Shown piece after piece: positions 11,151-23,690 of a stretch of DNA of 64,000 bases; the first letter of the stretch is position 1; every line of letters begins with the position of its first letter. Position numbers and translations under genes: made by a program. Source of the stretch: Camelus ferus (lineage: Eukaryota); the NCBI RefSeq assembly GCF_009834535.1, contig NC_045698.1, positions 2,668,001-2,732,000 on the forward strand. The letters run 5' to 3'. A model generated the notes under the pieces. That model saw nothing but the letters and a program-made list of their open reading frames with translations, made no database searches and was not told where the DNA came from.

Positions 11151-13204
11151 CATGCTGTATGAGGATGGAGCACCGTCCTGTGTGGAAAGCGTCCGTGGGA
11201 TGCCCTGACTGTTTGGGGCTTCTGACTGTGATGTGCACCTAGGAAGAGAGGAAAAAACTCGATTACGGGCTGATGGCGTCTGTCTTGGGAAGACTGTGCA
11301 AGTCACTCATATCCCCAGACAGCTTGTGTTGGACAGAAACAGCCCCCCTGTTCCTTCTTCTTATCCAGAAAAAAATCTAATGGCCTCAGCCCCCGCCACT
11401 TCCCACAGCGATGGGGCCACCAGCCTCCTGAGAAACTCAGTTCCCCACTTAGATGCTAACAAATGGTTGACTTCAACTTGCCAAAATGCAGCTTCTGGTT
11501 TATGAAAGTTAATTGTCGTGTGGTCATCTTCAACGTGTGGTCAAACATCAGAACACACAGTGGACACATGGAGCTGGGATTCTCGGGACACTGAACGAGC
11601 TACACCGAAGGGGCTTTTCTTAAAGGGCAGGATGCACGCACTGCGCTTCTCCTGTCCCCGGAATTTGTCAACCAGGTAAATGACAGGCAAACTGGGAGGT
11701 CTCACCTCATCTGTAATTGAGGGTTACTTGATTGTAAAGTCATGTTTCAAATGTACATTTTTAAACCCAGGCACAAGAGGCTGAGCTACATTAGGGAGTG
11801 GTCTCTGTGACTGTCCCGAGCCAGGGAGGCGTGTGGGCCGCCTGGTAAATGGGACGCACAGGTGTTCACTGACAGGAACCACAGGGTGCCAGGAGCCCGG
11901 ATGCCCGCTGGTCAGGAGCTGTTAACCGGGTCCTAGTTCTGATGGGGTTTCAGATGTAGGGACGGGGGCAGGCAGAGCTGAGGTGAGGGAATCCCAGCGC
12001 TTTCTGGGCAAGGGCAGTCAATATTCTGTAAGTCATCTGTGAAGGCAGAATAAGTCTCCAGCATCTTGCAAATGCTATTCTGTCGTGCCCACGTAGACAT
12101 AGCTGAAGAGACCCGCCAGCCGGGCAGTGTGGATGACAAGCTCACCTCATCGATTGCTTCTGCAGTCATCTCACTGCAGTAACTAAATCCAGCTTTCTCA
12201 CGATGCACCACGGCAGGGGGGTGGGCGAACACCTCTTTCATATCTTAAAAGTGGTCCTGGACTCAGACACTGGGATAAAGCAGCTTTGATCTGGCAAGAC
12301 CTAAGGTGGGCTGAGAAACCGAGCTGAACCCGTTTCTCCTTCGCCAGCTGTTGGGCGAGCCCCTGATAATGAAGGGTCATGGCCGTGGGAGCTGGGCCAC
12401 CTCCAGGGGCAGGACCCGGCCAGCCTGCTGCCCACATGCTGCCTGCGCTTCCTCCTCCTGTCCCCTATCTGCAACCCACCCCGTCCAATCTACTTTCCTA
12501 GCTTACATGCAGGACGCAGGACACCGAATCAATTCCAAGGATGCTCCCTGGGACAGGAAGGCATCGCGACGGCGTTCAGCTGGTTGTTTAGGCGGTGTGT
12601 GGCTTAGGTCCAAAATGCGCGGGATGACGTGGCCGTAATTCCCCTGTGCACCTTCCATCACCCGGCCACTGCGCAGCTTTGATTCTACTTCAGGACCTCA
12701 CTCTGTGTTGACCTGCAATCCCAGCTGTGGCTCAGAGAAGCAAATGATGAGCTTGGAGGAGCAAATCCCGCTCCCTCCTTCTGGGAGATACACAGCGCCC
12801 CCAGGAAGAGGGTCGGCAGCAGCAGGACTGCGGATGGACGGTCACGTGTCTGGATCCCGCGCCCACAAGAGGATGCGTATTTGAACCCAGCTCGCGTGCC
12901 TCAGGCTCACACGCCGCTCTATTTTTAAAACATTTAACTAAGTGGGCTCTGTTTTTTCTCTTTTAATGAAGAAAATTGTTACATTGTATGAATACATAGT
13001 TGTCACTGGATGAATCTCAGTGGAGCCCGTTAAGTTCTTAAACTGGTAAATTATTCTCCTATTTTATTTTAAAACAACGCGTATTCAAACAAATGTGTAA
13101 CAGCTCACAGGTGGGGAAATGTGCTTGTTTCTCTTTCCTTGTCTCTCATTTTTCCTCCCCTCCCCCTTCATCTCTGCCAGTCAGTCTCCCCTCACGAGTG
13201 CGTC

Positions 13205-13726
13205 TGTGTTCCATTCCTTCCCTGGCTGAAGTCACCACAAGCTTTAACTTCGCTGTGTTCTCGTCCCTGTGGGCCCAGAGTCCAGGCGCAGCTCCGCTGA
13301 GCGCTCTGCTGAGGCGGGTCTCCCGCAGGGGAGTCCCGGTGCTGGCTGGGCTACCGTCTCATCCGGGCTTGTCCCCCTCCTCATCCAGGGCAGGACCCCT
13401 TCTGAGATCTCAGGTGGCTGGCGCAGTCCACTTCCCTTTCCCTGTAGAACTCGTGGCAGCTTGCTTCTTCAAAGCCAGCAAAGGCGTGTCTCTGTGGCTT
13501 CAAACCTCTCACTTCCGGGCCGGCTTTAAAGGGATGTACGTGATCAGATCAGGCCCATCCAGGATGATCCCCTTTGCATCAACATAGAATCAGCAAGTCA
13601 GGGGCCTTAACTGGGAAGCGAGGTCCCCGCACCTCTGCAGTGTAATGTGATATAATCAGGAGCGGTAGCCCCGGGCCTTGGCCAGGCGTGTGGGTCCGAA
13701 GTGAATCACGGGGCTGCTGCCCCGCA
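13205..13726 (-). mobile_element. MLT1 solo LTR, MLT1E-like, diverged
   Basis: gcttgcttcttcaaagccagcaa, gatcagatcaggcccatccaggatgatcccct and gtaatgtgatataatcagg match recalled reverse-strand MLT1D/E motifs. Confidence 0.7.
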
Positions 13727-15081
13727 GAGGAGAGGGAGTCCGCAAAGGCCTGGGACCACCTGCTGCACACGGGGCCTCCTTCCACGGGCTCCCGTGTGCC
13801 GGCGGATCCCCCGTGCACAAACGTGTCGGCTCACGTGCAGGGAGCACCCCGTCAATCATCACTGCACCCCACGCCTGAGGGCTTTTCACTGCAATACCCA
13901 CAGACTTGGCCCAGAGACTGTGGACCCCCACAGGGGCAGGCTGAGGGCAGGGGGGCTCGGTGCCGGCAGCAGGGCCCCAGCAGCGCTGACAGGGACTGGC
14001 GGATGGACGCCCCGCACCCTCGTCTGTTCCTGACGACGTGAATTTGTTCCACTGTCGTCCAGTTCCCAGCAGGATGGAGCCCCAGTTCCCCGGAGGCCAC
14101 GCCCTTGGCAGCGCGTCTTGACTGGCTCTTCCCTTTCTTGTGTCACATCCATATCCCTTCTGGGGCCCTCCTGCCTCATGGCGGTCCCGGCTCAGCTCTG
14201 CACCTGGAGCTCACACCATGCAGCTGTCACCTCTGTGGAGCTGGGTCTGGAAAGGGACCCTCGGGGGGGTGGGTATTGCCTGGGGCTGTCATAGCAAATG
14301 TCACAGACCTGGGCTCAACCCGCAGAAACACGTGGTCTTCCAGTGCTGGGGCCCAGGAGGCCTGGGCCGAGGTGTGGGCAGGACTGGGTCCCCCGAGGCT
14401 GCATGAGGCTATGGTCTGGCCACTGCTCTGGCCCCATGGAGCTGCAGCCCTGTCCTCTGCTTCGTGGTGCTCTCCCTGTGTGTCTGTGCTCAAGGTCCCC
14501 TTTGAAATGATGACAACACAGCTTCTTCCACAGCTTGAAAGAAAATCGAAAAGACGTGACGTCTCCTGTGTCTGGCTGTGAGGAGGGAGCCAGGCCAGCC
14601 CTCCCTCAGGAAACAAGGAGAACACAGCACGCGACACTCAGGTCTGCTTTCTGCCGTGGAGAAGCCCCGTCCTCTGTGTCACCGCCACGGCTGCTCCTTT
14701 GCTTTCTTCCATCGCAGGTGCACAACCATCCCAGAAGAGCACGCCAATGTGACAGCTCCGCAAACAGCAGAACTACCCAGAGCATCTGAGGACCCCCCAC
14801 CCGGTTTTTGCAGGAAGAGTCCGGTTTCTGTGCTTTACAGTCTCTTGCTGAGATTTACCAACTCTGCACACAGTTGGGTTTGTGCGTTTTATCTTTCTTT
14901 TGATTTTCAGGAATTGCTTTATAATGTTGTGAAGTATTTTCAAGGTTGCCACCTTAAATCTCCAAAACAAGGTGTGTCCTTGTCTTCGCCACATTGTGTC
15001 TTCACTCATTTAAACATAGCCTTGTTTATAGGTTGTGATTTATCAGTTCGCTATTTATTTGTAATAGAAGCAGATGAATGC

Positions 15082-15410
15082 ATGTCTGTGTGTACATGTG
15101 TTATCCGTGTGTGTGTTTCTATCAGTCTACGTCTCATTGATCAATCGTCTACCGTCTATCTCTGTATATGTCTGTCTATCTGCCTGCCTGTCTGTCTGTT
15201 ATGTCTCTGTTTTATATCAGTCTATCTACCTCTGTTATCTGTCCATTTCTCTATTGTCTCTCCATAGTCTGTCTGTGTATCTATTATCTGTTATTTGTCT
15301 GCCCACCTCCATCTCTCATCTGTCTGTCTGTCTGTTTACCTACCTATCTTTCACCTCTCTCCCTCTCTCTCTCTGTGCCCACACTCCTCTCCCTCTGTTT
15401 CATCTGTTTA
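15082..15410. repeat. Degenerate (TCTA/TCTG)n and (TG)n simple-repeat tract
   Basis: Visible tctgtctatctgcctgcctgtctgtctg-type repeats. They account for the low-complexity ORFs 14578..15267 and 15074..15466. Confidence 0.85.
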
Positions 15411-15964
15411 TGAAACAGCTATTATTAAACATTGAACGGCACACAGGAGAGGACCGGGACCCTTGAGAGAACGCAGACACGCCAGGTGGACCCTCCTCTT
15501 CGGAGACATCTCTCAGGTGGAGACGCAACGTGAAAACACAACTGCGCAGCAGTCTCGCTGAGCTGACGTGGGAGAAATTCGAGTCCAGGAGGGTTGGGCG
15601 ATCGAGAGTTGCAGGGCAGAACATAGAGAAGGGGCTGTCGTGGAGACAGGGCCCCCGAAGTCAACACGGGGTCCCCTTGAGCGTTCGGGTGAACGCCAGC
15701 CTCCAAGCGGTGTGTCTGGTGAGAGGCAGCTCAGGGCCAGCCGCGGCCGGTGGGAAGCTTTCAGTCCAAGTGCCGTGGAACCATGAACAAGACTCAGATG
15801 TTGGCGCTCAGAGCAGCCAAGGACGCTGGGTCCAACGTGCAGGCAACGCTGCTGGACGATGCCCGGTTCTCCTCCCAGGAGCTGAATCGTGGCCTTTCAG
15901 CCAGAAGTAACTAAAAGCGCTGTTTCCACGGCTTTATCAGCCGAGTTTCTTGTCAGATTTTGGG

Positions 15965-17350
15965 ATGTTTGCCAATCTGACAATGAGAAAAGATTTCCAC
16001 TGTACTTTTGAGTTGTCTCTATTTATGAGAGACTTTAGTATCTCTTCACATGATTAAGTACTACCTGCATTTTTGGGCTATGCTCTATCTATATGTCCAG
16101 CCCATTTCTATAAGGTTTTTTTTATGCTTTTAGAAGCTCTTTACATACTAGAGATGTTAACTTTCTGTCGTGACTGCAAATTTTTTTCTGCTTGTCTGTT
16201 GTTCTTTTCATCCTGTGTATTTAGTTTTTACACTTTTTTTTAATTGAAGTGTAGTTGGTTTACAACGTTAGTTTCAGGTATATGGCAAAGTGATTCAGTT
16301 ATACATACATATATATTTTTTCTTTTCAGATTCTTTTTTATTATATGTCATTACAAGAAATTAGATACAGCTCCCTTTGCTCTACAGTAGGTCCTTGTTG
16401 TTTATCTGATTTATATATAGTAATGTGTGTCTGTTAATCCCCAACCCCTAATTTATCCCTCCCCACCCTTTTCCCTTTGGTAACCAGAGTTAGTTTTCTA
16501 GGTCTGTGAGTCTGTTTTTGATTTGTAAATAGAATTAGTATTTTTTTTAATTCCACATATAAATGATATAATATGATATTTGTCTTCCTCTGTCTGACTT
16601 ACTTCACTCAATATGATAATTTCTAGGTCCATCTATGCTGCTGCCAAGGGCATTATTTCATTTTTATGGCTGAGTAGTATTCCATTGTATAAATATACCA
16701 CCACTTCTTTATCCAGTCGTCTGTTGACAGACATTTAGGTTTTTCCCATGTCTTGGCTATTGTATATAGTGCTTCCGTGAACATTAGGGCAGGTGTATCT
16801 TTTTGAGTTAGAGTTTTCTTCAGATATATGCCCAGGAGTGGGGTCACTGGATCATAGGGTAAGTCTATTTTTAGTTTTTTAAGGAACCTCACTGTCCTCC
16901 ACAGTGGCTGCACCAGTTCACATTCCCAGTGACAGTGGAGGAGGTTCGTTTATCTTGCTTTTATTTTTAAACAAAGATATTTTTGCAAGAGTTTTTTTTT
17001 TTTAATATCCTCAAATAAATCAATCATCCACTTTCAAGTTTTGCAGAAGTTCATCTATTTTGCTTTTACTACTGAGATGGCTTCAGTTTTCATCCTAGAT
17101 ATCTGACAAATTTAGAATTCGTCCTAACGTATGAGGAGATAAATCAGTCCAGCTGAACCTTGCCGTCTGGTCAGCTATCCCACTGCTGTAACACCACTCA
17201 TTGAAAGCTTGCTCCTTCCTACCGATTTGAAGTGCCGCCTGCATCGTGTAGTTCATTTCCCCACACAACTGTGCCCAGTTCTCGGTGTTCTGTTTCACGG
17301 GTGTGTTGATACATCCATGTGCAGCATCTCCTCTGTTACCATGTACTGAA
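15965..17350 (-). mobile_element. Ancient L1M (L1ME-like) ORF2 fragment, interrupted by a younger L1
   Basis: ttgccaatctgacaatgagaaa...gaagctctttacatactagagatgttaac on the left and caccactcattgaaagc...gtgttctgtttcac on the right resemble antisense old L1 ORF2. Confidence 0.6.
16233..16947 (-). mobile_element. 5'-truncated LINE-1: 3' UTR plus ORF2 C-terminus (non-functional)
   Basis: Poly-T tail and L1 3' UTR. ORF 16653..16913 (QPLWRTV.FLKKLKIDLPYDPVTPLLGIY...IAKTWEKPKC.STDDWIKKWWYIYTMEYYSAIK) is the typical L1 ORF2p C-terminus. Confidence 0.95.
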
Positions 17351-17352
17351 GT

Positions 17353-17432
17353 TCTTTTTCATTTTTATTTGAAGTACAGTTGATTTATGTGTCAGGTGAA
17401 CAGTGCAGTGATTCAGTTATATATATATAAGT
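17353..17432 (-). mobile_element. Very short L1 3' tip
   Basis: tttttatttgaagtacagttgattta...gtgattcagttatatatat, the same 3' terminus as the other copies. Confidence 0.75.
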
Positions 17433-17968
17433 CCTCGTTATTTTTCTGTTTTTTATCTAGTCCTGTGTGCCTAGTAATGTGTTCAATCAGTAAAACCAAG
17501 GGAACAATGAACACGGGAGACAGCAACTCTGTTCAGTTCATCTGTTTCCGAAAATCCGTGGGGAATACAAGCTAGTCCAGTGCAGCTGCCTGTAGAGAAG
17601 GGCGGGGTTCGGCGACCTGATGGCAGAGGTGGCCTCGCACGTGACGTCTGTACCCTCCTCCCTCCTTCCGCCTGCCTCTCCGTGTCTTGGATACAGATAT
17701 TTAACACAGGTTTAGAGAAGGTTAGCATCTCCAAGTTGCTGCTTGGAGAATTCTCTGCCCTTTGGTCCTGGGCCAGCCAACCATTGAAAAGCGTCACAGT
17801 TTAATCTGATAAATGGCAACTCGTTCTGCAAATAAACCCAGACCCACAAGTAATCATCAGATCTTCGAGATGAATTAAAACTATTTTATCACTATGGAAG
17901 GCAAATTTGGTCTCACCGAAGCATTTCTTTTGTACCAGGAGAAGGCCCTGTGCCCCTGCCCTCCCCTC

Positions 17969-18070
17969 CACTCACACACACACACTCACATGTGCACACA
18001 GGCTCACATCCACGCCACCCCCCCCACGTGCACACACACCACACACTCGCCATGCGTGTGCCCACACAGA
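17969..18070. repeat. Degenerate (CA)n tract
   Basis: Directly visible. Confidence 0.8.
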
Positions 18071-21000
18071 CTCTTGTCAGACCGACCTGAGCCCCTGCTG
18101 ATGGGACACTTTCTCCTGTTTGCTGGTTCATCTCAGCTTCCTCTTCACCCCTGAAAAAATAGTTAGTATCTTATTTGAGGAAATCACCTCCCTTAACCAC
18201 TTACTTAGGACTGGAAACGTTTGAGTATTATTTGAGTGTGCGCTGTTAAAATTTTATTTCCAGAATACGAGTAAGCCGCCAGTTTTATGGGCACCATTAG
18301 CAAAACAGGAAATAAAGAGATGAGGTCCACTTAAGCCACAGAAAAAGGGAAGATTTACAAACTGCCTGATTTTCTTCGAGAATTCAAAGAAGTTGAAAAT
18401 TACAGTTTGAGGTCTTAGAGGCTAAAATTAAAGATCGCAGTTCATGGCGATCTGTTTCCTGAGCTGGCAGTCGAGCCTAAGCGAGAAGTCCGTGCATTGG
18501 TTCCAGTTGCCCGGAGCAGGCTCAGCTGGTTGAAAGACTCGCACTGGTTCACTTCAAAGCCCCACGCCCTGTCCTCATAACAAAACCAGGGGCAGAAATT
18601 CGCATAGGCAGCAACATTCTTGCCTTATCATAAACTTTATTACGGGTCTAAAAGACTAGGAGGTACGATGTGCTTGACCTCTTACCCCGTGTCTCACCGA
18701 CAACCCAGATGTCACATGCATTATCCTAGAAGGTGGTCCCGGGCTCGCAGAACATCTCTCCTCTGCCTTTTCCCAATGGTGCACCTGCCTGCCTTCACTG
18801 TGGGAAGGAATGCGGAGGCAGAGGCTGCAGGGAGAAGGGCCCCTCACTTTAGCGACCGCGCCCCTGTGTGTCCTCACTCTCTCTGAGCCCCTTGGAAGAG
18901 GGTTTTGTGAACCACATGGCATGGAGGCCCGTGTTGTCCCTTTGGGTGCTGCCATCTGCATTTTCCAGTCTGGCGCAAGATCCTTTTTCTTGATTGGCAG
19001 GACCTTGTACATAATCCGTGTTTTAGAACCTCAGGGTGATTTCTACAGGGACTCGCCTTTTGTGATGTAATGTACACTTTCATCTTCTGACGTGCACTGC
19101 TGTCGAAGACACGAAAGGATGCTTCTCTTTCCAACTCCAGCCCACTCTCTGATTGACTCGTGCTCCATCGAGCCACTGGCACTGAGGACTCTGAATAAAC
19201 GCCTGACCCTGAAGGGCACGTATTTGAGGAGGGCAGCCATGGTGGAAGTAACTTCCTCCCTGGTCAGCGTTGGTCAGCATTCTGCCAAAATACAGCCACT
19301 GCCTAACTCGCAGGCTGGAAATGGCTAGAAACAATACCTCTGAGATAACTGTCTTCCTCTCTCTTTTGAGAACAGGAAGGTCAGCCCCTTCAGAGCCTCC
19401 TCGTGGCTACGGAGCTAACATGCCCAGACGACGCAGAGCTGACCACCCTCTCTCCAGACAAATGCGGTCGAGTGCCTGCTTCTGCAGCCTTCTGCATTCT
19501 TACTAAAATTTTCAAGAAGAATGAATTTGCCATGTAGGGTAGCCAGCTGCCTGGAGCAGATCTTCTTGGTTCAGGGATGTGCAGCTTCATGGTCTCTCTT
19601 AGTTCTGAGTCAACAGCAGCCAAGGTCCGGGGTGACAAGGGACTTTGGTGGTGGCCCGATCAGGCCCCCTTCCTGGTGTTTCTTAGACGACAGAGCTCAA
19701 CGCTGCTCGCAGGGAAAGCAGAGCTTCCCGGGAGGAGAGAACCCCTCCAGCTGCCTGCTTCGGTGGCTCAGTCTCTTAGAGCTGCGCTGGCAGACTGTGA
19801 AGGTGCTGCCTGGATGGGTCTGAAGGGCCCCCAGTCCTGGGGGCTTCCCAGTGGGGCCTGAGCTGGTGCCTGGGCTCCCTGCCAGCCTGGATGGTGAGAG
19901 ATGGAGCCTGGAACAGTCTGTGACCCGGGCTGGGTGATGCCCCGTCCTCTCTACCCACACTCTCTGGGGGGGTAACGCGTGGCGGGCACCATCTGGTTCT
20001 ACCTGGAGACTGAGTGTGGGGACCCAGGTGGCCCTTTCCAGGGTCCTGAAAAACTGGAAGGAGTGAGTTAGTGGCCAGCAGAGGCCCCATGAGGAGGGTC
20101 AGCTGAGGACTTGGGGAGACCCTGCTCTGCAGGCAAATGTGCCCGCTGTGTCCAAATGTTCTGAGGACGTTGTTTCTTCAGGCTGAGTAAATTCCTCAGA
20201 CCTGCACGCATCCTGAGGGGGGCGCCTCACCTCTGAAATGGCACTGCCTCTACCCCGTCAAAAGACGTGGAGCCTCCAATTACAGCCCAATGGCCCCAGT
20301 TGCTGGGCCCTCTGCCCCGTGCACATGCCGACCTGTCCTGTGGTTTCTGAGCCCCTAATAGGAAGCAGCCCCCAGTGGCTCCTTCTTGATTCCTCACAAA
20401 GTGGTCCAAGCACCAGATGTCTCCCATTTTCCAGTTTGCATGTCTGACAGGTGCCCTTCCTGCTGTGTGGTGCGCTCTCGGCAGAGAGACTGCAGGTGAC
20501 CAGGTAGCTCCCAGCCTGCGGCAGGCGGGAGCTTTCCAAGTCTGGGCCAACTGGCAGCATTTCTCAGGAGCGGGTGATTTGCAGCTGCTTTTAATCGATC
20601 CTTTCCCCGAATCATACCCCTAGGTCTGGTGGCTGAATTTGTCCTGTGAGCCTGACACTAACGTGCTTTGTTTGTTTCATCAGCCCCTAATAGGAAATGA
20701 GAACCCAGCGACTCTGCCTTGCACAAGCCTGACACATCCACACGTTGATTTTGACATGTTTTCTTGCAAACACATGGTTTCCACGAATGGGCGGGCACAA
20801 CAGAGACAAGGAGAGCCGGCCTGGGGAGCGACTGTCCTCTCTGCTCTGTGAGCACATGTCTCCTGCCCGGAGGTCAGACCCCTTCAGATGAAGGCTGCCC
20901 TGCGTGTCAGGGTAGACACAATTCATCTTTTAAAGGGCTATCTTTAATCAGATCATTTGACTTTTTGAAATCACAAAATGGATTCTTCACAGATTCAGGG

Positions 21001-21739
21001 TAGAGAGGACTTTATCGTTTCCTTATGAAGATCAGTTGATGCTGTCAGCTCACGTGGGATGAAGTCAGATCAAAGGAGTTCAGGATGTAGCTGTTTTAAG
21101 GCTCCCCGGCACCTGAGGGCCAGCGCGTCTCGGGGCTCTTCACAGGCGCGTGTAGAATGTGATTACGGTTTGCAGGTGTCACCGGCCAGGTGGTGGGAAA
21201 ATGGGGGACTGTCTTCTATTCTGTGTTTGCTTCCTTCACCCTGGCTTACAATGCCTGCTCTGTGGGTTTCCGTCCATCTTGGGTGAACGTCAAGGATCCC
21301 AGACACTATCAACCAACACGAGGAGGTGAGACTCAGAGACACGGAGTGTCTGCTGCCTCCAGGACCCAGCCCACTTCTCCAGATCCTGTTCTCTCTCCTA
21401 GTTCATCCTTTTGGGAAAATTCTCAACCTTTTAAGCATTATTTTTAATATTTTCCATTTTGTTGATATTTTCTAGTGCTATTGAAGATAAACCCAAGATC
21501 TGCCTCTTCCCTGATAACCAGAATTCTGCAAAACACGTGGATCAAAACAGCTGTTGGCAAGACCTGGCTTCTTTTTGATTTTTGGTCAATTCCATGCACA
21601 GCCTAAAGTGTCATGTATTTCATTACACAATGCCAGCCCCCTTGGGAATAGCTGGTGCCTCTTTACAGAAGGAACAAGTTGCCTCAGGTCAACGAGCCAC
21701 ACCTCTTCCTCTCCTGCTGCTTTTGCCCTGGGAAAAAAG

Positions 21740-21980
21740 AGATTAACAGGTACACAGTACTATATATAAAACCGATAAACAACAAGGGCTTACTATAGAG
21801 AACAAGGAACTATATTTAATTTATTCCAATAAGCAATAATGGAAAAGAATGTGAATACACACACACACACACACACATGTACACAGGTACATATATGTAT
21901 AACTGAATAGCTTTGATGAACCCCTGAAACTAACATTGTAAATCAATTATACTTCAATAAAAAATTAAAACTAAAAATGC
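21740..21980 (+). mobile_element. 5'-truncated LINE-1 3' end with an internal (CA)n
   Basis: gattaacaggtacac...actatatataaaa...gataaacaacaagg...tgaaactaacattgtaaatcaattatacttcaataaaaaa is the reverse complement of the minus-strand copies. (CA)n lies at about 21858-21878. Confidence 0.9.
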
Positions 21981-23289
21981 AAAACACTTGAAAAATAAGA
22001 GTAAAAATAAAACCAATGTTAAGAAGCGCAATTTATTACTTTTATTAATCCAGTTAAATCCAGCTCAAGCTCCGTTCACCAGGGTGGCCTGAATCCAGTT
22101 TTGTTCCTCTCAAGAGCATCCTTCACTTTGTAAGGTACCATGAGGAGCCTCAGACTCAAGGAATTTTCCAGAAATTGGTCCCTCTCCCAACTTGTTTGTC
22201 CTCCTGGTGGGCACGTCCTGCCTCTGACGGGCTCCGGGAGGAGTCAGGAAGTGGGACTCCGCTCCCTCAAATGAAAGGACGGCAAGGCTCCCCCAGGCGG
22301 AGGTCTGCCTGGAGCCTGGCACTTGGCCGACGCCTAAAGACGGGCAGGAGGGTCAGCATTGGGTCCACGAGAAAAGCAGCTGCAAGGTTGTTTGGCAGGT
22401 TTTCTAGACGGGAGGGTGGGAAAGTGAGTGTACTTTTTAAATTAGAAAGCGGATAAATGTAGGGGCTCAGAGGAGGTTAATATCCCAGCTCAGGGCTCCT
22501 CCCCACTCAGAGAACCGAACCTAAGCTTGTCTTCCCCGACACCAGGGCAAGGTGACAGTCCTGCTCCACGTGTCACCTACGTGCTTGACAAACCTGCTCT
22601 CTGTGAGTAAATCTGAACCATCCATTGAAATATTGGGGGGAAATAGGCAAGGGATTTTAGGTTGGGACGAGCTTAGGCTGTGGCTGTCAGGGGGCAAATG
22701 TGGGATCGGGGACAGGTGAGGCGTTGACATTGAACAAGAAGCAAGCATCAGAGCACCAAACATTTCTGTTCAGCAAGAAAGACATTTCCCGCGGGCCCTG
22801 GATCTGGAAGCATTTTACTTCCCCTCCAATGTCTCCTCCAAACTTTTCAGAAGGAAAGGCTTAGTGAAACCCAGCAGGGCAAAAAAGCAATTTAGTAGAA
22901 AGAAACGGAACCATTTCCTGCTGGGAGCAGCAGGCAGACCTCATGCGAGGCTTCGCTGGAGAAGAGAAGATGCCCGTCCTCGCTGGGAGTTCCGGGCAGC
23001 TGGCCGCCAGTGCCTGCAGGAGCAAGTCACCGGTGGCTGAGCCACGCAGGAGGAAGACTCTGAATTAGTGAGCAAGTCGGGCAGGGCGGGTCCCTGAGAG
23101 ACTGGGGATGCTTCGTGACTGGGGTGTCACCGTTCACTTGAGGAAGAACGAGAACCAGTGGTGTGGATGGAGACCGGTGTGCCAAACGGGGATGCTCCAG
23201 CCAAGCAGAGCTGGCAGCGCAACAAGAGGAGGCGGACGGATCTAAAGCAGGAAACTGTTTGTTTCTTCCAGCTGAATCACACTTCACCA

Positions 23290-23690
23290 AGCGTTGTTCC
23301 AGTTTCTAAGAGAAAAGGCGCGAGCAGCTTTGACCGCTGCCTCGCTGCGCCTGAGGGCTCCCGTGCGTCAGGATGCGAGCTGCTGAAGGCCGGCGTCCCT
23401 CTTCTGGTGTCGGTTTGCGGACTCTTCACCGCGCTGCACTCCAGTTCACTCCGAGGGTAAGTCCAAGCGCCCGCAGATGGACTTTCTATTGCTGATTGAG
23501 GCGCCAGGCTCGAGAACTTGCTTGAGTTTCCCAGACAGAAACCGTTACGCAGCGAGCGCCGCAGCTGTGGTTCGGGGACAGTCTCTGCAGAGTGGACGCC
23601 CCTCCCCCGGAAGTGGCTCAGCCTCGTGGCACCTCCCGCCCTCGAGTGGGGCGGACGCTCATTCGTCAGTCTGCTCTGAGCTCAGCTATT
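23290..23690. promoter_or_regulatory. CpG-island-like segment containing a consensus 5' splice donor (AGG|GTAAGT at 23456/23457); possible promoter or first exon
   Basis: About 30 CpG in ~400 bp by eye count, in non-repetitive sequence, with a consensus donor inside it. Confidence 0.4.

Noticed and set aside
12790..12812. CTCF-like motif (also at about 20212, 50068 and 55972)
   Set aside because: Several core mismatches; such matches are frequent in GC-rich DNA.
16653..16913. L1 ORF2p C-terminal peptide as a CDS
   Set aside because: It is part of a 5'-truncated L1 with no promoter, endonuclease or reverse transcriptase.
19043..19240. Minus-strand ORF with a perfect Kozak (ccaccATGG), MAALLKYVPFR...
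   Set aside because: No convincing donor, promoter context or homology; expected by chance.
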